Part shown: positions 52,895-64,000 of the stretch, in pieces
Layout: every line of letters begins with the position of its first letter
Numbering within the stretch: position 1 is the stretch's first letter
Origin: an uncultured Gemmatimonadaceae bacterium
GTDB lineage: Bacteria; Gemmatimonadota; Gemmatimonadetes; Gemmatimonadales; Gemmatimonadaceae
DNA length: 64,000 nt
Assembly (NCBI GenBank): GCA_963843845.1
Contig: CAWJMB010000001.1
Span: forward strand, 130,043-194,042
Direction: 5' to 3'
Made by a program: the position numbers and the translations under genes
Notes under the pieces: generated by a model
Databases searched by the model: none
Told to the model about the DNA's origin: nothing
Seen by the model: the letters and a program-made list of their open reading frames with translations, nothing else

Positions 52895-53245
52895 ATGACC
52901 GAGTCCACGCCCGGGTCGAGCGACGCGGCGTCGCCAGACGTCGCGGTCGCCGACGTGCCGGCGGCGTCGCGCTACGAGGGCAGAGTGGCCGACGGCGCGG
53001 ACCTCGCGCTGGCGTGCTATCGACTGGACGGACGGTCGATGACGTTCACGCACACGGAAGTGCCGCCGGCGTTCGAGGGGCGCGGCGTGGGGTCGGCGCT
53101 CGTGCGCCACGCGCTCGACGACGCGCGTCGTCGTGGGCTGTCCGTGGTGCCGATGTGCCCGTTCGTCGCGGAGTTCATCCGCCGGCACGACGAGTACGCG
53201 GACCTCGTGGCGCCGGACGCGCGCGCCGAGCACGGGCTCGCCTGA
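52895..53245 (+). CDS. GNAT acetyltransferase (YjdJ-like)
   Basis: FTHTEVPPAFEGRGVGSAL, VVPMCPFV. Confidence 0.9.
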   Translation: MTESTPGSSDAASPDVAVADVPAASRYEGRVADGADLALACYRLDGRSMTFTHTEVPPAFEGRGVGSALVRHALDDARRRGLSVVPMCPFVAEFIRRHDEYADLVAPDARAEHGLA

Positions 53246-53504
53246 CCCGGCCGACGCGCTCGTCGACGCCGCCGGCGGGGGCCTCGACGTCGAGTACGTC
53301 GCGCAACTCGGCGTGGGTCCGCGGCTCGACGAATGGCGGGCGGTGGCCGTCGGCGCGTCTGCGTGACCGGATGAGCTGCCTGACCACGTTGCGGGGGCCT
53401 GGAACAGGAGCTCCGCCGGGGTGCGTTGCCGACGTACGCCTCAGTCCGCCGCGGGTCGGTCGCCGAGTTCCGCGCCCGGTCCGTGGCCGAGCCCGGAGGC
53501 AGTG

Positions 53505-55367
53505 CTACTTCGACACCGATCTCGCCGGGATGAAGTGTTCGTAGGTCCAGACTTGCCGCGGCAGCGGCGGCTCTGCCTCCTTGATCCGGTACGCCACGCG
53601 GCGGCCGTCGGGGCTCACCCGGAACGCGAAGACGAAGGGCTCGAGCACCGAAGGCAGCCGTCGCGGCGCGCCGCCGTCGACCGGCACGCGCCACAGTTCG
53701 CTCGGCCCCTCGGGTTCGCGCTGCAGCTTCACGATGAACGACCGGCCGCCAGGCGCCCACGACGCCGGGGCCGCGCGCACGCCTCTGTCCATGCGCCCGA
53801 GATCACTCGCCGCGACTCCGCTCGGCACCCGCATCAGCTCGCGCGGTGCGGCGCCGCGCGTGGACACGAGCAGCACGACGCGCTCGTTCGTTCGCTGGTC
53901 CACCGTCTCCGTCGCGACGAACCGGCCGTCGGGTGACAGCAGGATGGCCCCGAGGAACAGCCGTCGGACAATCTCGCGCTCGGCGCCGGACGCCAGGTCG
54001 CGCGCGAGGAAGACGTGCTCGCCGCCGCCTGCGACACGGTTCCAGTAGTAGAGCGCACGCCCGTCCGCCGACAGCGTGGGGAGGGAGAGGGACGGCGCAT
54101 ACGGCGCGGCGAACACGAAGGACGACGCGCCCGTCTCGACGTCGATCCGGAACGCGCCGGTCCGCCCCCCCGGGTCTCTCCCGACGAGGAGCATCCCCTT
54201 GCCGTCGGGATACCATCCGGCGAGCTGCGCACCATGCAGCTTCGGTTGCAGCTCGCGAACGAGGCCACCTCCATCCGCCGTGCGCAGCACGATGGTGGAG
54301 GGATCCGCCGATCTGCCGCGCGCGGACACGTAGGCGAGGTACCTGCCGTCCGGCGACCAGGTCGGGTTCACGTTGTCTTCCTGCGGGCTCGGGCTGACAT
54401 CCCGCGGCGCCGCGACGAGGCCGGTCTCGAGGTCGAAGCGCGCGACCTGGACGCTGCCGCCGCGCCGACCGGGCAGCGCACCCCAGTACAGCGCCCCCGC
54501 GTTCGTCACCCCGAGCGACTCCGCGAGCCCCATGTCTGGCTTGAGGGGCACTGGATGTCCTCGCGCGGCGCCGTCGGCCATCTCGATGCCGAACAGCGCC
54601 GTGCTGCCCGTGCGGTCACTCGAGAAGAGCAGGTAGCTGCCGTCCGGTGACCACCCCATCGCGACGTCGTGGGCCCGGTGGGCGACGATGCGCCTGTCGC
54701 GGGTGCCATCCACCGCTGTGACCCACACGTCGTGGGCCCCTACCGCATCCTGGGGCAGGTCGTAGGCGAGATACCGACCGTCGGGCGAGAAGAACAGTCG
54801 CGTGCTCCCCGGCCGGTGGTGCGACTTGACGATGCGCACGTCACCGCCGGCGGCAGGGACGAGCGCGATCTGCAGCGTGAGGTCGCCGGCGGAGAGCAGC
54901 GCGGCGATCCACGCGCCGTCGGGGGACCAGTCGCGCGGTGCGATCCAGTCGACGCTCGGCGCCCCGTACACGCGGATCGGCGTCGCATCCCCGTGCAGCC
55001 CGGCGACCCAGAGTTCGTAGCGCCCGGTGCCCTCGTCGTACCGGCTGTACGCGACGCGACGGCCGTCGCGCGAGATCGTCGACGCCTCGGCGAACACCTT
55101 GAGGCGGCCGCCCTTCTCGTTGTTCGCCGCCACGACCACGCGGTTCGCGTCGGTCGCGAGATCGTGCAGCGCCAGGTCCCCCGTATTCCAGTCGGTGAAG
55201 GAGAGGTAGCGCCCGTCCGGCGATACCGAGCCGCCGACGTCGACCGCTTTCCCCTGCCAGACGAGCGTGCTGGTGGGACGCTCGGGACCTCGCGGCTGCC
55301 CGAACGCGAGCGTCGCGGAGACGAAGCTCAACCCGAGTGCCGCCGGCAACAGTCGCCTGGTTCGCAT
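53505..55367 (-). CDS. Secreted TolB-like / PD40 beta-propeller protein
   Basis: Signal peptide; many (W/S)SPDG repeats. Confidence 0.85.
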   Translation of the reverse strand: MRTRRLLPAALGLSFVSATLAFGQPRGPERPTSTLVWQGKAVDVGGSVSPDGRYLSFTDWNTGDLALHDLATDANRVVVAANNEKGGRLKVFAEASTISRDGRRVAYSRYDEGTGRYELWVAGLHGDATPIRVYGAPSVDWIAPRDWSPDGAWIAALLSAGDLTLQIALVPAAGGDVRIVKSHHRPGSTRLFFSPDGRYLAYDLPQDAVGAHDVWVTAVDGTRDRRIVAHRAHDVAMGWSPDGSYLLFSSDRTGSTALFGIEMADGAARGHPVPLKPDMGLAESLGVTNAGALYWGALPGRRGGSVQVARFDLETGLVAAPRDVSPSPQEDNVNPTWSPDGRYLAYVSARGRSADPSTIVLRTADGGGLVRELQPKLHGAQLAGWYPDGKGMLLVGRDPGGRTGAFRIDVETGASSFVFAAPYAPSLSLPTLSADGRALYYWNRVAGGGEHVFLARDLASGAEREIVRRLFLGAILLSPDGRFVATETVDQRTNERVVLLVSTRGAAPRELMRVPSGVAASDLGRMDRGVRAAPASWAPGGRSFIVKLQREPEGPSELWRVPVDGGAPRRLPSVLEPFVFAFRVSPDGRRVAYRIKEAEPPLPRQVWTYEHFIPARSVSK

Positions 55368-55409
55368 ACATGCATGGAGTGGGGACCCGGCACCTGGGCG
55401 CCGCTACGG

Positions 55410-55757
55410 GGCGGACGCTCGCCGGGCCGAAGATGCGGTTCGGGGCTGCGGTGCGCCATCCAGACTCGAGCCGGCCCGCCCACCCGGGGCATCCCGCTCG
55501 CCGCTGCAGTGACCGCGGCCAACGTCGACGACAGCCGGTTGCTCGAGCCGCTGCTCGACGCCATCACGCCGGTGCGGACCGGATACCGGGCGGCCGCGGT
55601 GCCGTCCGGATGAGCTGCACGCGGACAGGGGCTCCGACTACCGCCGCTGTCGCGACGCGGGCGTGCAAGGGAGGATCCAGCACCGATCCGCCTGGCGCGG
55701 CGTCGATTCCAGCGCGCGAGTGGGTCGGGATCGCTGGATCGTGGCGCGCGCTGTGAC
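55410..55757 (+). mobile_element. Degenerate IS5-family transposase remnant
   Basis: Fragments GIPLAAAVTAANVDD..LL..LLDAI, RPDELHADRG.DY and RGVDSS...GR.RWIV.R across frames; boundaries approximate; no TIRs seen. Confidence 0.8.
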
Positions 55758-56042
55758 GCGATAGGTATGCGGATGGAGGTGGGGAGCGTGGCTTCCGAAC
55801 GATGCGTGGTAGAAGCATATCGGAGCCCATAATCACGCTTCTGGTCTCCGGGTTTTGTCGCCTTCCGCAAGCCAGGACCACGACCAACGAGCAGGCGTGA
55901 CGCTACGCTCGCGATCATCTCAGCGCCTAACCAGGTCCTGGAGTGGCGGACTCTTGCGGAATGCCGAGCGCGCGGCAGCTTGTAGATCCTGCCGCGACGA
56001 CGCGGATGTCGTTGAATCCGCCTAACGCGCGCGCCACCCACC

Positions 56043-58718
56043 GTGGCCCAGACAGAACCATGGGGAAAGCTTGAGCACGATGCCGCTGGGCAGATCGTGC
56101 ACCGTCAGCCGCTCGTAGGTCACGCACGCGACGTCGCCGGCGTGTTCGCGGCACTCCTGATGATCCCGACGTACGCCCGGCGCCTCGCACGGCTCGCCGG
56201 GGTCGCTTCGCTGGCGCCGTCGCTCCGTGCGCGGCTGACCTATCTCGTGCACCTGCACGACTGCGGCAAGGTCAACGCGGGATTCCAGGCCAGATCGGAG
56301 CCGAGCGCGCGCGTCGTCGGACACATCGCGCCGCTCGCCGTTCTCTTCGGCCGGTACGCCGACGCGCACCTCGCGGCGCGTGTGCACGATGCGTTACGAA
56401 GCGAGCGGCTGGAGGCATGGGGCGCGGGCTGTGATGCGCTGTTCGACGCGATTCTGTCGCACCACGGCAAGCCGTGGCCCCGTGACGAGGACCGGCGTCA
56501 CGAACTGCGGCACTGGCGGCCCGCGCCGTCCGGATACGACCCGATCGACGCGCTGGGCGCTCTGCGCGCCGGACGCCGACCGCTTCGAGCCGGCCGCGTT
56601 CGACGAGCCGGACGCCGCGCTGCCGTCCGCGCCTGGTTTCGTGCACGCCGTCGCTGGCCTGGTGCAGCTCGCCGACTGGATCGCCTCGTCGGGGTGGAAG
56701 CGCGCGCCGGACGACGCTACGCGTGCGACGTGGTCGCAGACGCGGCTTCGCGCGATCGGCCTCGACGTGCCGACTTGCGGCCGACGCTCGGCGACGCGCC
56801 GCCGGCGTTCGACGCGCTGTTCGGCTATCGACCGTACCCGCACCAGGAACGCGCCGCCCGCGTGCGAGGTCGGCTCGTCGTCATCGAGTCGGAGACCGGC
56901 TCGGGAAAGACGGAGGCGGCGCTCTGGCGGTTCGCCGCGCTGTTCACGCGTGGCGACGTAGACGGCCTCTATTTCGCGCTCCCGACACGCACGGCCGCGG
57001 TGCAGCTCCACCGACGCGTCGAGGCGTTCGCGGCGCGGCTCTGGCCCGATGAGGCGCCGCCGGCCGTGCTCGCGGTGCCGGGGTATCTCGACGAGGCATC
57101 TACGGACGAAGCATCTACGGCGGACCCAGCGTGCCGGGGGGATGCCGCCGGCGTCCGATCCGCTCGACGACGCGGAGGACGACACGCGCGCGGATCGCGT
57201 CTGGGCGTCGGAGCACCCGAAGCGCTACTTCGCCGGCGTCCTCGGCGTCGGGACGGTCGATCAGGCGCTGCTCGCGGCGCTGCGCGTCAAGCACGCGCAC
57301 CTGCGCGGCGCGCTGCTCATGCGCCACCTGCTCGTCGTCGACGAGGTGCACGCGTCGGACGCGTACATGCGCCGCCTGCTGGGACAACTGCTGCGGGACC
57401 ACCTCGACGCGGGCGGACACGCGGTGCTGCTCGTCGGCGACGTTAGGCGCCGAGGCGCGGCATCAACTCCTCGTCGAGGCGGCTGGCGGGCGGACGCGAG
57501 ACGTGCCGGCGCCGACGCTCGACGAGGCCTGCCGGGTCCCTATCCGCTGCTGTCGACGGACGAGCCAGGGGAGCCCGTGCCGATCGCCGCGCGCACGCGC
57601 GAGCGCGCCGTCGAGATGACCACGGAGGCGTGGCTGGATCCCCGCGTCGATCGCCCGTGCGGCGCTCGACGCCGGGCGCGCGGGCGCCAAGGTGCTGGTC
57701 GTCCGCAACACCGTCGACGGCGCGGTGGCGGTGCAGCGCGCCCTGACCGGGCTCGCGGGCGAGGACGAGCCGTGCCTGTTCCGCGTCGCGGACATCGTGA
57801 CGCTGCACCACGGGCGCTTCGCGCGCGAGGATCGCCGCCTGCTCGACCGCGCCGTGGAGCACGTCAGGCCGGTCGCGGGCGTCGGGCGGCACCATCGTCT
57901 CGGTACGCAGACGCTCGAGCAGTCGCTGGACATCGACGCCGACGTGCTCTTCACCGACCTCTGCCCCGCCGATGTGCTGCTCCAACGGCTTGGTCGGCTG
58001 CACCGGCACGCGACCAGGCGGACGGCGGCCCTCGAGTGAGGCCGCGCGGGTTCACGGAGCCGCACGCCAGTAGGTGCTCGTGCCGGAGGGCGGCCTCACG
58101 CCGTTCCTCGCGCCGCAACAGCGCAGCGGCGTGCGCCGGCACGGGCTTGGTCACCGGCTCGAAGGGGGCGTGCCGAAGGGCGTCTATCCCGATCTCTCGA
58201 TCCTCGAAGCCACTCGGCGACTGATCGGGCGCTACCCGAGTGGCACATCCCGGCGATGAACCGAGTGCTCGTCGAGCACTCGCTCCACAAGGAAGCCTGG
58301 ATCGACGCGCTGATCGAGTCGATGTCGAGTAACGAGCGAGAGCGATGGCGCGCGCACCGCGAGCGGCTCGAAGGGGATCGGATCGCGCAGGGACAGCAGG
58401 CGTCCGACGGCGTGCTGCGCCGCCACCACGGATTCCGCGAGGCAGGGAACGCCGCGTTCGAGAACCGCCTGCCACCCCGGCTTCGAAACGAACGACCGGC
58501 TCGTCGTGCTGCCCGCGCCGACTGTGGGACCCCTCCGCGAAGTCGTGCGGCAGTTGGCCGTGCCGCAGTGGATGGCGCGCGACGTCTCGGACGAGCACAT
58601 GCCCGACGTCCGGGCGGATGGCGAGGGCGCGACGCGGCGCCTCCGCATCGCGCTCGGGCCACTGGAGATCATCTACGATCGCCTCCGTTTGCGGGCCGCC
58701 GAGGAGGAGGTGCAATGA
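56043..58718 (+). CDS. cas3: Cas3 HD nuclease-helicase (multiple frameshifts)
   Basis: HLHDCGK, SHHG, LADWIAS, SETGSGKTEAA, FALPTRTAA, DEVH, RNTV, HHGRF, TQTLEQSLDIDAD, QRLGRLHRH. Confidence 0.92.
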
Positions 58719-60333
58719 CCAACGTCAGATACTGCCTGCTCGACGAACCTCTGCTGTCGGTGGCGGATGCGGCCAGCCGCGCAGCAACCCGTTGTCGCTG
58801 CCGGCGCTCTACGCCGCGCTGGTGCGCGACGCGGTCGGCGACTTCCCCGCCCTGCGCCCGCACCGGCGGGACGTCTGGCACGCGTTCCTGGTGCAGGTCG
58901 CCGCGCTCGCGCTGGATCGCGCCGGACTGCACGAGATGCCGGACGATGCGGGTGCGTGGCGCGCGTTGCTGCTCGCGCTGACGCCGGACGACCCAGATGG
59001 GACGGCCTGGGCCTGGTCTCGCCGCCGGAGCGACCCGCGCTGCTGCAAGCTCCAGGTGCTCCAGCGAACCGAAGACTTCAAGAACGTAGTCGTGACACCA
59101 GATGGTCTCGACATCTTGATCACGAATAGGAACCACGACGTAGAGACTCAACAAGCATCAGCCGTGCGCTCCCCGAGCATTCAGTCGGTATTCGCGCCTG
59201 ACCGCCAGACCCAATCGGGATACACGGGCCCGACGTGGTACGGTGCCAGCCGTATGAACGGCGGATCTGGTAGTCGCCCCGGTTTTGGCGTGGCTCTCAG
59301 ATAGAGCCAGCAGGAGCATTGCCAGCAACGTCCGGCGTCTTCTCCAGCTACGCCATCAATTCCTGGAAGCGCCCGACACTACCTGAGCGAAGGTGGCGTC
59401 TCGCTACTTTGGCTCCTCCCTTGGGACGGTAGGAATTCTACTCAGTTCTCGGCCGCCTAGACCCGTACTACGTCGAAGCAACCTTCGACGGCGTTCGCCG
59501 TCCTCGAAGAACGTTCAGATCGCATCTATGCAGTGACAGTCGGTTCGAAGGTACGCGAATCGACGCGGGAATGGTGAGTGGCAACACGGGGGATGCGTGG
59601 ACGCCTTTGATCCCGGACGGCGACAAGCGCAAGGCGCTCTCAGCGACCCGCGACACTCTGCGATACAAGCGGCTCGCCTCTCTACTGTTCCCGCTATCGT
59701 CCGATCCGAAGGCGCCTATCAGGGCGCCAGCTCCAGGGATGATCGACGAGGCGGATCCTGAGCACCGGGCTAACCGTACTCGCGCCAGGTCATCGTAGAG
59801 GGCCGGCAAGACGGAAGGGCTGCACGAGCGCCGGATCCCCCGTCTCGAAGGCGACGCGCCGCTTCTTCGGCGGGGCGCCGTCGCCAGCGACGAAGCGGCG
59901 CACGTGGGCTCGGAGCGCGTTGAAGATGCCGGCCGCTTCGCCGAGCAGGTGCTGCTCGGGCGCTGACCAGGGCAGGTGCTCGCCAGCCCGCGCCATGGCG
60001 AAGCGGGCGGCAGCGGCGGCCACGGCACGGCCAGAGCGCTAGGATGGTTCGACGACGCTGAACGGGGCGGCCTGCATCTCGACCTGGACGCGGAGCTGCG
60101 GCACATCGATGACGCCAAGGCTAGGCAGGCCGCACCCGAGGCGTGGGCTCCTCGCCCTTTGTGAGCGCGGGCGCGCGGTGCTCGCGCGAGCCGCCGCCGC
60201 GGCGCCGTCCGGCGGCGATGCGCCACTATCGCACGCGCGTCCAGACCGCGCGACGCCGGTTCGAAGTCCGCGTTCTCGCGCCAGCTCGGCGAGCGGATCT
60301 CGTTCGCACTTCCAACCAACCCGGAGGAGGAAC
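58715..60333 (+). CDS. cas8e: Type I-E large subunit Cas8e/Cse1 (heavily frameshifted; 3' end approximate)
   Basis: ATGA overlap with cas3; FPALRPH...WHAFLVQ, TPDGLDIL...NHD, SRMNGG.GSRP, LLWLLPWDG, GNTGDAW.P. Confidence 0.8.
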
Positions 60334-60879
60334 ATCTCGACCGCCCCGACACCCGCGTCTGAGTCGCCCGCCACGCACGTGGCGGGCGGAGACCGCGCCC
60401 GCCTGCTCCGGATCGCCCGCAGAGTCGCCGACCCGGCCTTCGGGCCCGGCGCGCTCGCGAGCCTGCGGCGCGGCGAGCCGGCGATGGGCGACGGCGCCGC
60501 CCTGCGTTCTTCCGTCTCGTGCGACTCGTCGACGAGCGCGCGGTCGCCGGCGACGGCACGCTGCGGTGGGCGACGGCCGTGCACGTGCTCGCGCAGCTCG
60601 CCGGCGGCGCCGGAGCGGCCGACGACGTCGGGACCGCGCGCGCGCGCGGTGGCTTTCCGAATCGCGGCTCGCTCGCCTGCTCGCCAGCCGCGGCGCGACG
60701 TTCCGCGATCGGCGGTGCTCACGGCGCGAATCCTCCGCGCCAAGGGCGCCGCATGCCGTGCCACCGATCTCGCCGAACTCGCACTCGTCGAGGAGCGCGC
60801 CGAGCGGCGTGCCGATCGCCTCCGCTTTCGCATGGCCAGCAGCTACTACCGGATCGCCGACGCCGGCGGTTCGCAGTGA
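60334..60879 (+). CDS. cas11: Type I-E small subunit Cas11/Cse2 (frameshifted)
   Basis: Strong RBS GGAGGAGG followed by ATC (possibly a miscalled ATG); GALASLRR, SESRLARLL, R.RMASSYYR; position between cas8e and cas7. Confidence 0.7.
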   Translation: MSTAPTPASESPATHVAGGDRARLLRIARRVADPAFGPGALASLRRGEPAMGDGAALRSSVSCDSSTSARSPATARCGGRRPCTCSRSSPAAPERPTTSGPRARAVAFRIAARSPARQPRRDVPRSAVLTARILRAKGAACRATDLAELALVEERAERRADRLRFRMASSYYRIADAGGSQ

Positions 60880-60905
60880 CCCGCGCCCCCGCCTCCTCCT
60901 CTCCC

Positions 60906-62135
60906 ATGGCCTCACCCCGCTTCCTCCAGATCCACACGCTGACGTCGTATCCGGGCGTGCTCCTCAACCGCGACGACGCCGGCCTCGCGGAGCGGCTGCC
61001 GTACGGCGGCAGCGTGCGCACGCGCGTGTCGTCGCAGTGCCTCAAGCGCCACTGGCGGACGGTGCGCGGCGACGAGTGGAGCCTCGATCGGACGGACGCA
61101 CCGCTGTGGGTCCGGTATCGTCAGGTCTTCGAGTACGCGATCCGTCCTCGGCTCGCCGAGCAGGTGCCTAACGCGCCGGACGCCGTGCTCGACGCGGCCG
61201 GATTGGCGCTGACCCGCGCCCTGTACGGCGAGAAAGCCGAGCAGGTGAAGAACCGACAGGCGCTGCTGTTCGGTGGCGAGAGATCGCGTACCTGACCGGC
61301 CTGCTTCGTTCCCCATCGTCACGAAGCGGCGGTCCCGCGGATGGCGCGTCGAAGCGCGTAACCGCCTTGTTGAAGGACTAGGAAACGACGGCGAATCTGT
61401 CGGCCATCCGCGGCGCGGCCGGCAACCTCGCCGAGGGTCTCGAGGCGGCGCTGTTCGGCCGCATGGTGACGTCCGATCCGGCGGCGAACACCGACGCCGC
61501 GATCCACGTGGCGCACGCGTTCACCGTGCACGAGCAGGACTCCGAGACGGACTACTTCACCGTCGTGGACGACCTCAAGGCGCAGGACGACGCGCAGGAC
61601 GCCGGCTGCGGCGGGCATCTTCGACACCGAGCTCACATCAGGCCTCTTCTCTACGGATACGTCGTCGTCGACGTGCCGCTCCTCATGTCGAACCTCACCG
61701 GGGCGGCGCGAGAGGGTGTGGGCAGACGCGGCGACCGACCGCGCGCTGCCGGCCAAGGTGATCGAGCCCGCCTGCGCCTCGTCGCGACCGTCTCGCCCGG
61801 CGCGAAAAAGGGGTCGACGGCGCCGTACGCGTGGACGCAGGCGATGCTCGTCGAGGCGGGTTCAAGCGCCAGCCGCGGACGCTCGCCTCCGCGTTCGAGC
61901 GCGCGGTGCGCGCCTCGGCGCCGCGCTCGGTATCCGACGCCGCCGGGGTCGCTGTTCAGCCGCTCGCCGCGTTCGACCGGGCGTATCGCGCGCGCGAGGC
62001 CCGCGCCTTCCTGTGGCTCGCCAGGACGTCACTCGTCCCAGCACCCACGGCCCGCTCCCGCTCGACGATCTGGCGCGGTGGGCTGCGACATGCGTCGCGG
62101 AGGCAAGCATTGCTGACGACGGGACGACGAGCTGA
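60906..62135 (+). CDS. cas7: Type I-E backbone Cas7/Cse4 (frameshifted)
   Basis: FLQIHTL.SY...LNRDDAG, R.RVSSQCLKRHWR, ALFGRM, AIHVAHAFTVH, DYFTVVDDL, PGAKKGSTAPY. Confidence 0.92.
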
Positions 62136-62140
62136 CGCCC

Positions 62141-62925
62141 GTGCCACGGCACTTGCTGCTTCGTCTGGAGGCGCCGCTGATGGCGTTCGGCGACGTCATG
62201 ATCGACGCGATCGGCCCGGCGCGTGCCACACCGGCGACGTCGACTGTCGTCGGTCTGCTCGCCAACGCGCTTGGCATCTGCCGATGGGAGACTCGATCGC
62301 TGGCCCGACTACAGATTGGGGTCGTTTTCGGGAGTAGCCCTTCGATCGTCGAGGAGACTGCGCTTCACGGAGTTCCAGACCGCGAGGCTCGGAGCCGCTG
62401 AGCATTCGTGGACGACGGCCGGGCGTGTCGCTCGGCGCGAGCCGACCGGCGACAACTACCGCAACAAGCACTTACGCTATCGTGAGCACGACGCCGACGC
62501 GTGCGTCCGACGATCGCGCTCCGCCCTGCGCGATGCCGACGGGCCGCTCGCCCAACAAGCTCGAGGACCTCGCGCGCGCGCTCGACAGCGGGCCCGGCGC
62601 GCCCGGGCTTCCTCGGCCGCAAGCCGTGCCGCTGCCCAGCGGCCCTCCTTGCGCGCTGGGTTCGGGGACGCCGGGCGGTCCACGACGGGCATGCTCGCGG
62701 CGCCGTTCACGAGGGCGCTTGCGCGGGCAACGGCCGCGACGCCCCGACGACTGGTCACTGCGATCGTCCTCAGGCCGACGAACCGCGGCCGTCCGGGTTC
62801 CCGCGACGCCCACGCATGCGAGCGCCGCGACTGGCCCAGCCAGCATCCACGCCGGCGACCTCCTCACCTACCACGGCGATGTGCCGCGCGAGCGGTTCTC
62901 CGCCTTCGCCCCGACCGCGCCATGA
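62141..62925 (+). CDS. cas5: Type I-E Cas5 (frameshifted)
   Basis: LLLRLEAPLMAFG, P..S.VVGLLANALG, FLGRKPC. Confidence 0.88.
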
Positions 62926-63775
62926 GCCTTCACCTCTACGCGTTCCAACCCGACCTCCCGCGGCTGCTTCGCCACGCGGCCCGCAAGCATCTACTCCCGC
63001 CCGGCGACGACCCGGGCGGGCGCCATCCACGCCGCGTTCGCGGCGGCGTTCGCGAGAGCGCGCCGAAGCCGTGGGCGCTGCTCCCGCCCGGCGAGGGTGG
63101 CGGTCCCGCCGGCCCGCTGTTCGCCTACGGGGAGCACGCCCTCTCCGTCCTACAGGCGCACGCCGCGACGTTCGGCGAGCCCGCGTTCTCCGGACGGCTC
63201 CGACTCAACAACACACACAACCGACCGATGCCGACGGATTTTCCGCCGGGCACTCGTCTCGCCACTTGCGCCCGTTGGCGTGCGTCCGGTCGCGCGCCAG
63301 GGGAAGCCGCTGGCCGGCCACCCGAGCGTGGTCAATCGTGGGGGGACGGCGCGCGAGCGGGACGTCGTTGTCGCGCCGATCGAGGCCGCCGAGCGCGTGG
63401 GCGCGGGAGATCAGCGCGCAGCAGGGCCGATCAGCCGCGCCGGGCGGCGACGTCCCCGACCCGCGCCGAGTGGCCTGGACTGGCTGGACGCCCGACTACG
63501 CGAGGGCGGGGCGTCGATCGTCCGGTCGCGCGCGGGCGATCGCGGTCGCTCTCGCGGCGCAGCTCGGCAGCTTCCGCCGCACGCGGCTGCTCGGTCGCGA
63601 TCGGAGCGGCGGCCGGAACGCGTCGCGGCACCCAGAAGGGCCGGACGCGACGATCGTCGGAACGCTCACCGTCAAGAACTCGGCGCGGATCTCTGACGGT
63701 CGGCTTCGCGCGCGGCGTGGGGCGCTTCCGCGCGTTCGGTTCGGCATGCTGCTGCTCTCGCCGCCGCGCCGCTGA
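62922..63775 (+). CDS. cas6e: Type I-E Cas6/Cse3 (frameshifted)
   Basis: ATGA overlap with cas5; VRPVAR, PDATIVGTLTV, terminal Gly loop (GVGR..AFG)FGMLLL. Confidence 0.8.
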
Positions 63776-63786
63776 CGGCGCCGCGC

Positions 63787-64000
63787 GTGCTTCGCGGACG
63801 GTTCGGCCTCTGGACGGCGCGCGTGCCAGGACACGTCAACCGCATGGTCACCGTTCATCTGGACCGCGGCGCGCTGTTCGTCGCCGACGGCTGCTTACGT
63901 TATTCGCCGGCGGCAGCGACAACCTGGCCAAGGGCGAGTACACGATCCCTCATCAAGCCATCTCGCTGGTGCTGATCGGCCCGGGGTCGACGGTGAGCCA
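63787..64000 (+). CDS. cas1: Cas1, 5' part (frameshifted; runs off the window)
   Basis: LRGRFGL..ARVP, LDRGAL.V.DGCL and IPHQAISLVLIGPGSTVS, typical of type I-E Cas1. Confidence 0.85.

Overview
High-GC bacterial DNA (roughly 70-75% by eye). The gene content (SusC/SusD pair, PEP-CTERM proteins, M14/S9/S41 peptidases, TPR and AraC-like families) resembles Gemmatimonadota such as Gemmatirosa; the lineage call is inference. In order, the window holds: a nutrient-scavenging block (Na+/solute symporter, SusC/SusD, D-aminoacylase, penicillin-acylase-family enzyme, MFS, glnK-amtB); an orphan gspG; an M14 peptidase; a Rieske lipoprotein; a hybrid histidine kinase; an unusual AraC-like / small disulfide lipopeptide / TPR / beta-family module; two PEP-CTERM genes around an S41 peptidase; an S9 peptidase; HNH, psuG, TetR, SDR, cupin, SRPBCC, MarR, msrB and Rrf2 genes; a topA-mobA-fdhD-fdhF/ydeP-MFS run; LysE, DHA2, threonine dehydratase, GNAT and TolB-like genes; an IS5 remnant; and a type I-E cas operon (cas3-cas8e-cas11-cas7-cas5-cas6-cas1) running off the right edge with no array visible. 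Many genes carry indel frameshifts in patches, probably long-read consensus errors. Top leads: (1) a non-palindromic octamer CGTTAGGC/GCCTAACG with 18 exact copies that imposes rare TTA codons and CGT-TAG stops; (2) a putative peptide-signalling module at 23-27 kb; (3) a stand-alone HisKA (DHp) mini-protein.
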